Positions 54,945 through 64,000 of a DNA stretch of 64,000 bases are shown here, piece by piece. This stretch comes from a virus, in the IMG/VR virus record IMGVR_UViG_3300044712_000815, positions 95,265 through 159,264 of that record; one strand, written 5' to 3'. Below the pieces are notes generated by a model that made no database searches, had not been told where the DNA came from, and was given only the letters and a program-made list of their open reading frames with translations. The position numbers were made by a program, and so were the translations under genes. The number at the start of each line of letters is the position of its first letter. Position 1 is the first letter of the stretch.

Positions 54945-57830
54945 TTACCACCACAATAAATTTCTAAACATTTCTGCACCAGAATGCCTCATCACATAAA
55001 TATATTTTAAACCATCTGATGTTTCAATAATTTCCATCCTATTTCCAATCAAGGCTGTTCCATGACCATATGGTATTGTACTTGCATTAGAAATTTTATT
55101 AGTGTTTATATCATATACATATATTCTACCTGTTGAATCTTTGGTAAAATAAATTTTATCATCCCCATCATATGAATACATTGATCCTGTTGTTAAAGTT
55201 TCTGATTGTGGACTAAAAAAACTACCATATTCATAAACTTCAGTTGGTATATCTAACCTATCTGCTGTAGTTGATCCACCACCCCTTGGAAAAAATAAAA
55301 ATCTACCTTTAATATCCAATCGTTTAGGATTATAAACATGTAATAATGCGATTCCGGCACCCCTTGCAGGTATGCCTAAAATTGTATATGTCGAATCTGT
55401 TGTTGGTGATCCCATACCTGCTGCGGCGGTTAATTGTGTTGCTGTATTTGAAGTTATAGTTGTTTCATTCATAACACCAGTACCCGATGTTATTCGAACA
55501 CGTTTTCCCGCCCATTGGTTAACTTTCCAGTTTTTAGTAGTGTCATTAAGTACGGTAGCAGAACCTGCTGATGTACATAAACCAAATGAATCCATAATTA
55601 TATATTTTGTTGTGGTATCAGGTGTGAATGTTTGGGTTGCATAGTTTAATGTTGATCCAGAATTAGATATAATTGTAATTTCATTTTTATCAAATCCTGT
55701 TCCTGAAATTATTCTAAATTTATAACCAGCCCATTGATTAGCGTTCCAGTTTTTAGTTGAGTCTACTAATGATGACACTGATCCACTCGTTGCCCAACCA
55801 GTATTACCTTTTTGTGTTTTGTTAAATTTATATTGTTCATCCCTACCAATCATCGAAGGGTCATATATAACATATCTAGCTTGAACAGGCAAAAAACTAA
55901 TAGCACTTTGTAATGTTAATGTTGTTTGTGTATTTGCTGTAATTCTTCTTATTTGTGCTGTTGGTGTTGTAGCAGTAGCACCAGATAACGCAATTTGAAC
56001 TAATTTCCCAACATGTTCACCTGCATCCCAATTTGCTGCGGAATCAACCATTAAACTTACTGTAGAAGTATTTGCAATAACTGCATTCCCTGTCGCTGTT
56101 GTTTCAACATCTATGGTCGTCAATGAATCTACACCAAATACTGTGTATGTTGTATTCCACGCTGCTTCAACAGCACCTGTAAATGTTATCACATCACCAA
56201 TTTTAATATTGTGATTTATCCCAGTTGTTGTAATTCTACCACATGTTGTTCTTGCCGTTATAGCAATTTGTAAACCTGTACCTGCACCACTAGTTGCTGA
56301 TTGTGATGCAGTTGCCACATTATATCCTGTTCCCATAGCATACAACGATACTCGAGTAGCAGCACCATTTGGCAAAACTTCTTCAATATAAACTTTACCG
56401 TTAGTACCCGTACCTAAAGTTACAATATCGCCAACAGCATGACCTGTACCACCCGCAACAGGAACAAATGTTATTCCGGATATACCATTAACATTTCTAA
56501 CCGCTGTAACCACACCAATATCTTCCCAACCTTCCATTCTTATTGCCATATTTCGAACTATTCCATAATCTGAAACACTTCCTTGACACAATAAATCAGC
56601 TTCAGCGTGATAGTTATATAATGAAGCTGATGCCATACCACCAACATACATCGCAAAAACATCATCCCAAATTTCATATTGACTAGTATTATCTGGAACA
56701 ATATCCCATTTTCTATTAACCCACAGTGTGGTTAAATTATTTGCAACAATTCTTCGTCTTTGCCCCAATCCTGTACCACCCATTATTCTAACTTGATAAT
56801 TGACAAATCTATCAATAGTCGTATTTCCACTTGTTACACCTGTTAAATTAGTATCAATTAACGCTCTTGTTGTACCAGTTGTAGCAACAGAAACACAATA
56901 TGAACCACCCCTATTAGATATTCGTTCCATCGCAATATCTGTTCCTGGTGCAGCAGCTAATAATCCAGCCACTGTTGTTCTGTTAAACCATGTATCAGAA
57001 GCTATATCATAATATTGTAATGAATGAAATGCGCCAGATGCTGTTTGTGAAATTAACCATACACCACCACTATGTGTAGAAAATCTTGAATTTGTATTAG
57101 GTGATACAATCCAAGGTGAATCAACAGTTATTATACTAGCTTCAATTAAATATGTTGTTTGTGATCCTGCTGTGGATGCAGGTATTGCATATGGTGCAAT
57201 CGCACTAAACCCTGTATTATTCCAACTATCTCGTTGTTGATAATTCACATCATAAAAATATAAAGTTTGTGTGTCATTATATAACACTTTTCTAATTTGT
57301 GTTGCACCAAGTCCATAAACTAATCTAACTTGATATCCAACCCATTGATTTACTTTCCATTTTTTTGTTGTATCTTGTATTTGATTTGCATTAGTCGTCG
57401 CAGTAGCTAATCCTTGATCATAAACAATCGGATCACTCACATCTACTATGGTTTTTGTTTGATTTGCGCCAACACCTGAATATATTCTAATTGTTTCACC
57501 ACTCAATACATCACCTGACAAAGCAGGAATAACCAATTGTGTTGTACCAGATAAACCCAAAATTCTACCTCGAAACCCACCATATGATGAATATCGCATT
57601 GCAGTAAAAACCAAAGGTGTTGTATTTGGTGATGCTAATTGACACCAACTATCAGTCCACGTATCATATCTATAAAAAGCGGCTGATACTATATAATACA
57701 TATATCTACTATCTTTTGGTAAATCACCACATGCTAATGTTGATATTGCTGTTGTTGCTGCTGGTGCAAATCTTGTCCATTCCCATACAGGTGTATCTAT
57801 TTGTTTTTTTAAATTCATTGTTACTGCCAT
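54945..57830 (-). CDS. Tail/virion structural protein with ~70-aa beta repeats
   Basis: About five DTTKNW..NQW.G..VRI..GTG....I..NT repeats; Kelch-like Y.YD segments. Confidence 0.7.
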   Translation of the reverse strand: MAVTMNLKKQIDTPVWEWTRFAPAATTAISTLACGDLPKDSRYMYYIVSAAFYRYDTWTDSWCQLASPNTTPLVFTAMRYSSYGGFRGRILGLSGTTQLVIPALSGDVLSGETIRIYSGVGANQTKTIVDVSDPIVYDQGLATATTNANQIQDTTKKWKVNQWVGYQVRLVYGLGATQIRKVLYNDTQTLYFYDVNYQQRDSWNNTGFSAIAPYAIPASTAGSQTTYLIEASIITVDSPWIVSPNTNSRFSTHSGGVWLISQTASGAFHSLQYYDIASDTWFNRTTVAGLLAAAPGTDIAMERISNRGGSYCVSVATTGTTRALIDTNLTGVTSGNTTIDRFVNYQVRIMGGTGLGQRRRIVANNLTTLWVNRKWDIVPDNTSQYEIWDDVFAMYVGGMASASLYNYHAEADLLCQGSVSDYGIVRNMAIRMEGWEDIGVVTAVRNVNGISGITFVPVAGGTGHAVGDIVTLGTGTNGKVYIEEVLPNGAATRVSLYAMGTGYNVATASQSATSGAGTGLQIAITARTTCGRITTTGINHNIKIGDVITFTGAVEAAWNTTYTVFGVDSLTTIDVETTATGNAVIANTSTVSLMVDSAANWDAGEHVGKLVQIALSGATATTPTAQIRRITANTQTTLTLQSAISFLPVQARYVIYDPSMIGRDEQYKFNKTQKGNTGWATSGSVSSLVDSTKNWNANQWAGYKFRIISGTGFDKNEITIISNSGSTLNYATQTFTPDTTTKYIIMDSFGLCTSAGSATVLNDTTKNWKVNQWAGKRVRITSGTGVMNETTITSNTATQLTAAAGMGSPTTDSTYTILGIPARGAGIALLHVYNPKRLDIKGRFLFFPRGGGSTTADRLDIPTEVYEYGSFFSPQSETLTTGSMYSYDGDDKIYFTKDSTGRIYVYDINTNKISNASTIPYGHGTALIGNRMEIIETSDGLKYIYVMRHSGAEMFRNLLWW

Positions 57831-57845
57831 ATTAATTTATTATTT

Positions 57846-58691
57846 TTAAAAAGTTAAGTTATTTCTAATCATATCTGAATATAACCATCTTGATTCATCA
57901 AATTGTAAAAAATTTGTATTTCCATTATCTGTATTGGTATTTAAAACTGAAACTACTAACCCAACACCAAAATTGTTGGTTTGTATTTGTGGATAATCAC
58001 CAACCACATAATTCAACCCACCACTTAATAATGAAACATATTTAGCTGCACCAATTCCAATATTTATTGATGTTATATTTACAATTAATCCTGAACCTGA
58101 TCCTGTGCTATATATTTGTTGTGCTAAACCAACATTATAACCGTAACCTGGTTCTAAAATTGCAATTTCAATTGCCATTCCACTATTATCCACTGACATA
58201 ATTTGTATTGTGCCATTTACACCATTATCAATACTAACTATTTCGCCACTTATATATCCAGTACCACCTGATATTGGATTACTATCAATATTTAAAATAT
58301 TACCATCATAAATATCATATACAACAACTGTTGCATTAATTGTACCACCAGATAAAGTAACAATATCACCAATCTGATAATTAAACCCATTAGATAGTGG
58401 GACATTGTTTATAATTGATACACTATTCAAATTTATATTACCAATTCCACAGCCACCTAATTGACTAATTGATGTAACCGTTGGAACTGTTCCACTAATA
58501 CTTGACATTAATGTTATATTATCCATTTGTGATGATGCTGCTGTTGCTTCAATTCTTAATGCAAATGGGGTTGATATAACTGACTTTGGTTGTAATATCA
58601 TTATTAATTTTTTTAATAATGATATAGTTTCATCAGCTAATCCATTAATTTGATTTTCTGTACTATTAAATATTTTATTTTCTACTTTCAT
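57846..58691 (-). CDS. Virion structural protein
   Basis: GGTGY..G repeats; N- and C-termini paralogous to 58694-59020. Confidence 0.6.
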   Translation of the reverse strand: MKVENKIFNSTENQINGLADETISLLKKLIMILQPKSVISTPFALRIEATAASSQMDNITLMSSISGTVPTVTSISQLGGCGIGNINLNSVSIINNVPLSNGFNYQIGDIVTLSGGTINATVVVYDIYDGNILNIDSNPISGGTGYISGEIVSIDNGVNGTIQIMSVDNSGMAIEIAILEPGYGYNVGLAQQIYSTGSGSGLIVNITSINIGIGAAKYVSLLSGGLNYVVGDYPQIQTNNFGVGLVVSVLNTNTDNGNTNFLQFDESRWLYSDMIRNNLTF

Positions 58692-58693
58692 GT

Positions 58694-59020
58694 TTACGTG
58701 AACGATATTCTACTTCTTATATGTTGATTATATAGTAATCTTGCTGTATCCATTTGTATATATTTCGCATCAACACCTGATAATTGATTTACTGTTGTTA
58801 CGATTGGTAATGTTGCAGAACCACCAAACCCTGATAGTGTTGTTACTGTACCAATTGTCCCAGAATCAATAGCAACCCTAAGTCTATTATTTGCATCTTG
58901 TGTGGCTAATGGTTGTAAAATTTCTATTAATTTTCGAAGATACATAACAGTATCTTCTGTTGCTGGATTTACTTGTTGACCATTAGTGTTCATCAAATTG
59001 ATATTTTCTGAATATGACAT
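58694..59020 (-). CDS. Small virion structural protein
   Basis: ATEDT..YLRKLIEILQP vs ADET..LLKKLIMILQP of its neighbour. Confidence 0.6.
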   Translation of the reverse strand: MSYSENINLMNTNGQQVNPATEDTVMYLRKLIEILQPLATQDANNRLRVAIDSGTIGTVTTLSGFGGSATLPIVTTVNQLSGVDAKYIQMDTARLLYNQHIRSRISFT

Positions 59021-59035
59021 ATTTTTATTTTATTT

Positions 59036-62000
59036 TTAAATTATAATCCAACCAACATTAGTTATTGGCACTATGATTATTGATGTATTGTGATATTGTA
59101 ATTCAATATTAGAATATCCATTTATTTTTTCATTATTATATATATTTATATTTACTGAGCCAAATCCGATATTGGTTATTGTGTATCCATTTTGATTACT
59201 CGATGCCATTGATATCATATTAATATCTATTGTGGTTGTACCTGATACTAAAATAATATCATCGTTAGTTTGCAATGTCGTTGTTCCAGTAACAATTCTA
59301 AATGTTCTAATTGATGGTCCACCACCACCTGATGTACCCGAACTACCTGAACTACCCGATGTACCATTTTCACCACTTGAACCCGATGTACCATTTTCAC
59401 CACTTGAACCCGATGTACCATTTTCACCACTTGAACCCGATGTACCATTTTCACCACTTGAACCCGATGTACCATTTTCACCACTTGAACCCGATGTACC
59501 ATTTTCACCACTTGAACCTGAACTTCCTGATGTACCATTCACACCACTTGATCCTGAACTTCCCGAACCAATATCATATTCTGTTGCTAACCCATTACTA
59601 TCAAATCCAGCTAATTTATTAATTGTTCCAATATGACCAGAATCTGTCCAATTTAAATTTGATAAACTTTGATGGTTATTCGCAGTAAAACCTGCAATAC
59701 TAACCTGTGTTGACCTATTTCCTAAAATATAACTGATACCATCTGTTGCTATTCTACATTTACCATAATTATTATCATTTTGTGTCCAATATGTTATTCT
59801 CGTATAAATTACAAATTCGGGTGAGAATGATGTCAAATTACCTAAACTTAATGTTCGAATATCTTCTGCTTGCGCTGATATTAGTGTAGTATATGTATTT
59901 TGTGGTTGCAAAAATATCATTCTATATGATTGTGATACTATATCATTTGTGGTTGGAATAATAATTTGATATACATTATAATATCTATTGTTTGCACCTG
60001 GTGTTAATGTCCCATTAGTTACATTATTAACATACATTATTACATTTGTAGTACCAGTAAATGGAAATGATCCATCTATAAATATTGATGTTGTACCACT
60101 AATATACATCAATTTATAAGTTAATGATGACAATGATGGTATCACTGTTGATAAATCTTCATCTTTTATAATAGCTACATCGAATTGTGGTTTTTTATTG
60201 TTGTCAACTGCACTATTTTCAAGATATGTCCCACCAATTGCACCACCCCCACTAACTCGATATGTTCCAATTTGACTATGTAATTCTTTATGTGTTTCAT
60301 AATCCATTGTGCCGTGTGTTTCTCTAGTTGCAAATGTGTTTGCTGATGAACTTGATATATAATTAACATATGTTACTTGTATATCACTAAACAACCACAC
60401 ATTTGTTGACCAATGAAAATTTATTCCATCGTTTGAATGTAAAAAATAACTATCAGTTATACCTGAATGTGATTCAGATGTCCATGGACTCGTTAATGTG
60501 TATTTATGACCCCTCCAATAATATGTTAAATCACCAGTTAATGTAGTAGTACGTCCAGTATAATCATATGACACATCTATATTATCACAATCTAAAAATC
60601 CAGTAATTTGACCAGTATCTTCAAGTGAAGTATATGGAACATACAAATTTAAATCTGGTGTTGTACCTGAACTACCTGATGTACCATTTACACCACTTGA
60701 TCCTGATGTACCATTTACACCACTTGATCCTGAACTACCTGATGTACCATTTACACCACTTGATCCTGATGTACCATTTACACCACTTGATCCTGATGTG
60801 CCATTTACACCACTTGATCCTGATGTACCATTTACACCACTTGATCCTGAACTACCTGATGTACCATTTACACCACTTGATCCTGAACTACCTGATGTAC
60901 CATTTACACCACTTGATCCTGAACTACCTGATGTGCCATTTACACCACTTGACCCTGATGTGCCATCCACACCACTTGACCCTGATGTACCATTTACACC
61001 ACTTGATCCTGAACTACCTGATGTGCCATTTACACCACTTGATCCTGATGTACCATCCACACCACTTGATCCTGATGTACCATTTACACCACTTGATCCT
61101 GAACTACCTGATGTACCATCCACACCACTTGATCCTGAACTACCTGATGTACCATCCACACCACTTGATCCTGAACTACCTGATGTACCATCCACACCAC
61201 TTGATCCTGAACTACCTGATGTACCATTTACACCACTTGACCCTGAACTACCTGATGTGCCATTTACACCACTTGACCCTGAACTACCTGATGTGCCATT
61301 TACACCACTTGACCCTGAACTACCTGATGCACCATCCACACCACTTGATCCTGAACTACCTGATGCACCATTCACACCACTTGATCCTGAACTACCTGAT
61401 GCACCATTCACACCACTTGATCCTGAACTACCTGATGCACCATTCACACCACTTGATCCTGAACTACCTGATGTACCTGAACTTCCAGCTGGACCTGGAG
61501 CACCAGTTAATGAAATTTCCCAAAAACCGAATGTCCCACTTCCACCAAATGATTTAATTGTTGCTTCTATTCCACCTGTTAGTTTATTATACATTGAAAT
61601 AGTTGCAATCATATAATTTGTAACACCCGATGATATTATTATATCTTGACCAGTACTTAATGCTAATCCAGTTTCACCTGTCAATTGAATAGTACCACTA
61701 CCCGCAATTGTTAATGTAGTATGAGATATTGTTGAATATTTATCACCCGATAGTCCATCTGTACCTGATGTACCTGAAGTTCCTGGATAATTTGTTTGAT
61801 AATAAGTTTCACCATCATTATCAACTACTACATATTTTGTCAATCCAGTATTGCTTGTTATTCCTGTGATATTTAAATATGTTGTAATAGTACGACCACT
61901 ACCATCTATTGAAAATATATTTCCATCCCCATATGATTGTACTTCAAATATTGTATTTGTGTACCCAGTTAACCCATTTTTAATTGTAAATGCACCTAAA

Positions 62001-64000
62001 CTTGAATTTGTAATTATTTCTGGTTGTGTTGAATTGTTATATGCTTGTTGTAATGATGTAATAGATTGTCCAGCAGCAGATGCAACAGATTCACCAAACT
62101 TAGATGTCATTAAAAATCTTGCTTTTGTAGTATCTGATAAATCGGTACAAGTAATATCGACAGATAATATTCCGATCAATACGGTCACACCCAAAAATGG
62201 TGGGAATATATTAAATTGTTCTGATGATGCTCCAGCAACAACATCAGCGAGTGTTTGATTATTTTCAGATGAATATATTGTTTGACCATATTGAATTTTA
62301 ATATCCCCATTTTGTAATAGATATATTCTTTGATTTGTACCTCTAAACTTTTGACCACTTACTGGAATAGTCGTAACTATACCATTAAGATCATATTTTG
62401 TGGGATCAATTGTATCTACATTCGTAGTTATTCCACTACTTTGTGTTCTATATTGGAATGTTGCTGGTGTTTTTGCAGACAATATCAATCTATTTGGATT
62501 TTTAACATCATTAATAAAATTAATCCCCAATCCATATAATATTCCACTACTTACATTAATTTTCAAATCAGAATTAGATGTTGCATTAGGATAAATACCA
62601 TCATTTATAAGTGGAATTGATTGAAACATATCACGTAATTGAGATACTGCTGATTGTGTAAAGTCTACTTGATTTAAAACAGTATTAATGTAATCTTTAT
62701 TTACATGTGCAATTAATCCCAAATATATATTATCTCGTCTTTCTTGTTCTGTTGGATACGTTATCTGTTGATATAATATTCCATTTTCATTTAATAATAA
62801 ATATGTTAAATATGCTGTAGATATATTTGCTACTGTATCACCTGTAACACCCGAAAATGATATATGAACAATATTTGGATTTGCTGAAAATATTCCAGTA
62901 TTTTTAACTATCCAACCTTTAGCTTCACCAACACTAAATGTTGTGCCACCCGTTAATACTGATATTCCATTAAAGCTATAAACACCTGTAGATGTAACAT
63001 CACCAATTGCAACATTATGTTCTAATAAAGATAATGATGATGCTGTACATTCATTATTAATATCAATATAAATAATACCATCAGTTGTGCCTGATTTGAC
63101 AACAAACCCTATTTTATTCAATCTTGATCCCAATTGTAATGTTGATGAATCATTTATATATTCACCCGATATAGTATCTGATAAATATAATTGATCACTA
63201 ATAGCAAATCCATTAGTATTTAATTCGTGTACTAATCCTCTTGATGTTACAATTCCGGTATGACCACTAAAAATATTTTGTGTAGCCATACCTAACACAA
63301 CAGATGTTGTGTCATTTGAAGCATTAGCTAACGATACAACTAGAACATCATTATAAGCACCTGTTACATACACTAATTGTCCATTTAATATATTATAATT
63401 ATTATTATTATAAACTTGAACAATACTTTCTTCACCAACCTGTAATGTCACATTATCATCAATCATTACAGATAATGTTTTATGTTCTTCATCATAAAAC
63501 ATTTTACCAGTTTCAAAAATTATTTCAGATGTAACACCAGTCATCAAATGAACAAATCTTGTTTTTAATGATCCTTCTAAATTTAAAACATCATTAATAT
63601 ATGATAATCCGGTGTTGGTATTATATCCATATGTTGCTGAATTTTCCCTATATAATATCTGACCATCGTTACCTATTGATGGTAATAATCCTGATGTACC
63701 TGAACTGCCTGAACTTCCTGATGTACCTGAACTGCCTGAACTTCCTGATGTACCTGAACTGCCTGAACTTCCTGATGTACCTGAACTGCCTGAAGTCCCG
63801 TTTGTGCCATTCGTGCCTGAACTTCCTGAACTACCTGAAGTCCCGTTTGTGCCTGAACTACCTGATGTTCCGTTCGTGCCTGAACTACCTGAAGTTCCGT
63901 TCGTGCCTGAACTACCTGATGTTCCGTTCGTGCCTGAACTACCTGATGTTCCGTTCGTGCCTGAACTACCTGATGTTCCGTTCGTGCCTGAACTACCTGA
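59036..64000 (-). CDS. Large tail-fibre-like protein with Ser-rich Gly-X-Y repeats; 5'-truncated
   Basis: The frame upstream of 63547 reads through without an evident stop into further GTSGSS repeats up to the window edge. Confidence 0.8.
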   Translation of the reverse strand, partial: SGSSGTNGTSGSSGTNGTSGSSGTNGTSGSSGTNGTSGSSGTNGTSGSSGTNGTSGSSGSSGTNGTNGTSGSSGTSGSSGSSGTSGSSGSSGTSGSSGSSGTSGLLPSIGNDGQILYRENSATYGYNTNTGLSYINDVLNLEGSLKTRFVHLMTGVTSEIIFETGKMFYDEEHKTLSVMIDDNVTLQVGEESIVQVYNNNNYNILNGQLVYVTGAYNDVLVVSLANASNDTTSVVLGMATQNIFSGHTGIVTSRGLVHELNTNGFAISDQLYLSDTISGEYINDSSTLQLGSRLNKIGFVVKSGTTDGIIYIDINNECTASSLSLLEHNVAIGDVTSTGVYSFNGISVLTGGTTFSVGEAKGWIVKNTGIFSANPNIVHISFSGVTGDTVANISTAYLTYLLLNENGILYQQITYPTEQERRDNIYLGLIAHVNKDYINTVLNQVDFTQSAVSQLRDMFQSIPLINDGIYPNATSNSDLKINVSSGILYGLGINFINDVKNPNRLILSAKTPATFQYRTQSSGITTNVDTIDPTKYDLNGIVTTIPVSGQKFRGTNQRIYLLQNGDIKIQYGQTIYSSENNQTLADVVAGASSEQFNIFPPFLGVTVLIGILSVDITCTDLSDTTKARFLMTSKFGESVASAAGQSITSLQQAYNNSTQPEIITNSSLGAFTIKNGLTGYTNTIFEVQSYGDGNIFSIDGSGRTITTYLNITGITSNTGLTKYVVVDNDGETYYQTNYPGTSGTSGTDGLSGDKYSTISHTTLTIAGSGTIQLTGETGLALSTGQDIIISSGVTNYMIATISMYNKLTGGIEATIKSFGGSGTFGFWEISLTGAPGPAGSSGTSGSSGSSGVNGASGSSGSSGVNGASGSSGSSGVNGASGSSGSSGVDGASGSSGSSGVNGTSGSSGSSGVNGTSGSSGSSGVNGTSGSSGSSGVDGTSGSSGSSGVDGTSGSSGSSGVDGTSGSSGSSGVNGTSGSSGVDGTSGSSGVNGTSGSSGSSGVNGTSGSSGVDGTSGSSGVNGTSGSSGSSGVNGTSGSSGSSGVNGTSGSSGSSGVNGTSGSSGVNGTSGSSGVNGTSGSSGVNGTSGSSGSSGVNGTSGSSGVNGTSGSSGTTPDLNLYVPYTSLEDTGQITGFLDCDNIDVSYDYTGRTTTLTGDLTYYWRGHKYTLTSPWTSESHSGITDSYFLHSNDGINFHWSTNVWLFSDIQVTYVNYISSSSANTFATRETHGTMDYETHKELHSQIGTYRVSGGGAIGGTYLENSAVDNNKKPQFDVAIIKDEDLSTVIPSLSSLTYKLMYISGTTSIFIDGSFPFTGTTNVIMYVNNVTNGTLTPGANNRYYNVYQIIIPTTNDIVSQSYRMIFLQPQNTYTTLISAQAEDIRTLSLGNLTSFSPEFVIYTRITYWTQNDNNYGKCRIATDGISYILGNRSTQVSIAGFTANNHQSLSNLNWTDSGHIGTINKLAGFDSNGLATEYDIGSGSSGSSGVNGTSGSSGSSGENGTSGSSGENGTSGSSGENGTSGSSGENGTSGSSGENGTSGSSGENGTSGSSGSSGTSGGGGPSIRTFRIVTGTTTLQTNDDIILVSGTTTIDINMISMASSNQNGYTITNIGFGSVNINIYNNEKINGYSNIELQYHNTSIIIVPITNVGWIII
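59328..59565 (-). repeat. Coding repeat (GTSGSSGEN)n
   Basis: 27-bp units. Confidence 0.9.
60662..61490 (-). repeat. Coding repeat (GTSGSS(GSS)GVN/D)n, about 90 Gly-X-Y triplets
   Basis: 27/36-bp units. Confidence 0.9.
63690..64000 (-). repeat. Coding repeat (GTSGSSGTN/GSS)n
   Basis: 27-bp units. Confidence 0.9.

Noticed and set aside
59232-61616. Plus-strand His-rich and Pro/Asp-rich ORFs
   Set aside because: Antisense shadows of the Gly-Ser repeats in the fibre gene
1-64000. Alternative genetic code (stop-codon reassignment)
   Set aside because: Long conserved genes are intact in the standard bacterial code; the observed breaks are frameshifts or true splits, not in-frame TAG/TGA

Overview
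This 64-kb window is a very AT-rich piece of a large T4-like (probably jumbo) myophage genome. Four TTTG-N19/20-TAnnTT(T/C)G promoters and A-rich leaders without obvious Shine-Dalgarno sites point to a Bacteroidota host. It encodes baseplate gp6- and gp25-like proteins, DnaK, NadE, DHFR, PIN-PhoH, an SPFH lipoprotein, the N-terminal half of a family-B DNA polymerase, free-standing nucleases, many small hypothetical genes, glycosyl/methyltransferases and tail or surface proteins. Highlights: (1) The large terminase is fractured inside Walker A by an atypically split intein. A Vsr-like endonuclease gene lies between the halves, and both intein halves carry similar amphipathic helical extensions. 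(2) A divergent pair of tiny RHH genes, mostly missed by the ORF track, occurs twice, each time coupled to an unrelated nuclease: a GIY-YIG, and a TnpB with a Fanzor-type rearranged RuvC. (3) Three kinds of putative protein-modifying glycosyltransferase (TibC/Aah-, PLOD- and HPAT/SGT-like) sit near almost Pro-free Ser-rich Gly-X-Y collagen-like and poly-Thr virion proteins, suggesting virion glycosylation. (4) A block of small proteins carries T4-type capsid-targeting sequences. (5) A WATATATA phage promoter has a fixed-distance upstream element. (6) A short unit with its own promoter and terminator holds two tRNA-like structures. All calls come from reading motifs by eye; no searches were run.
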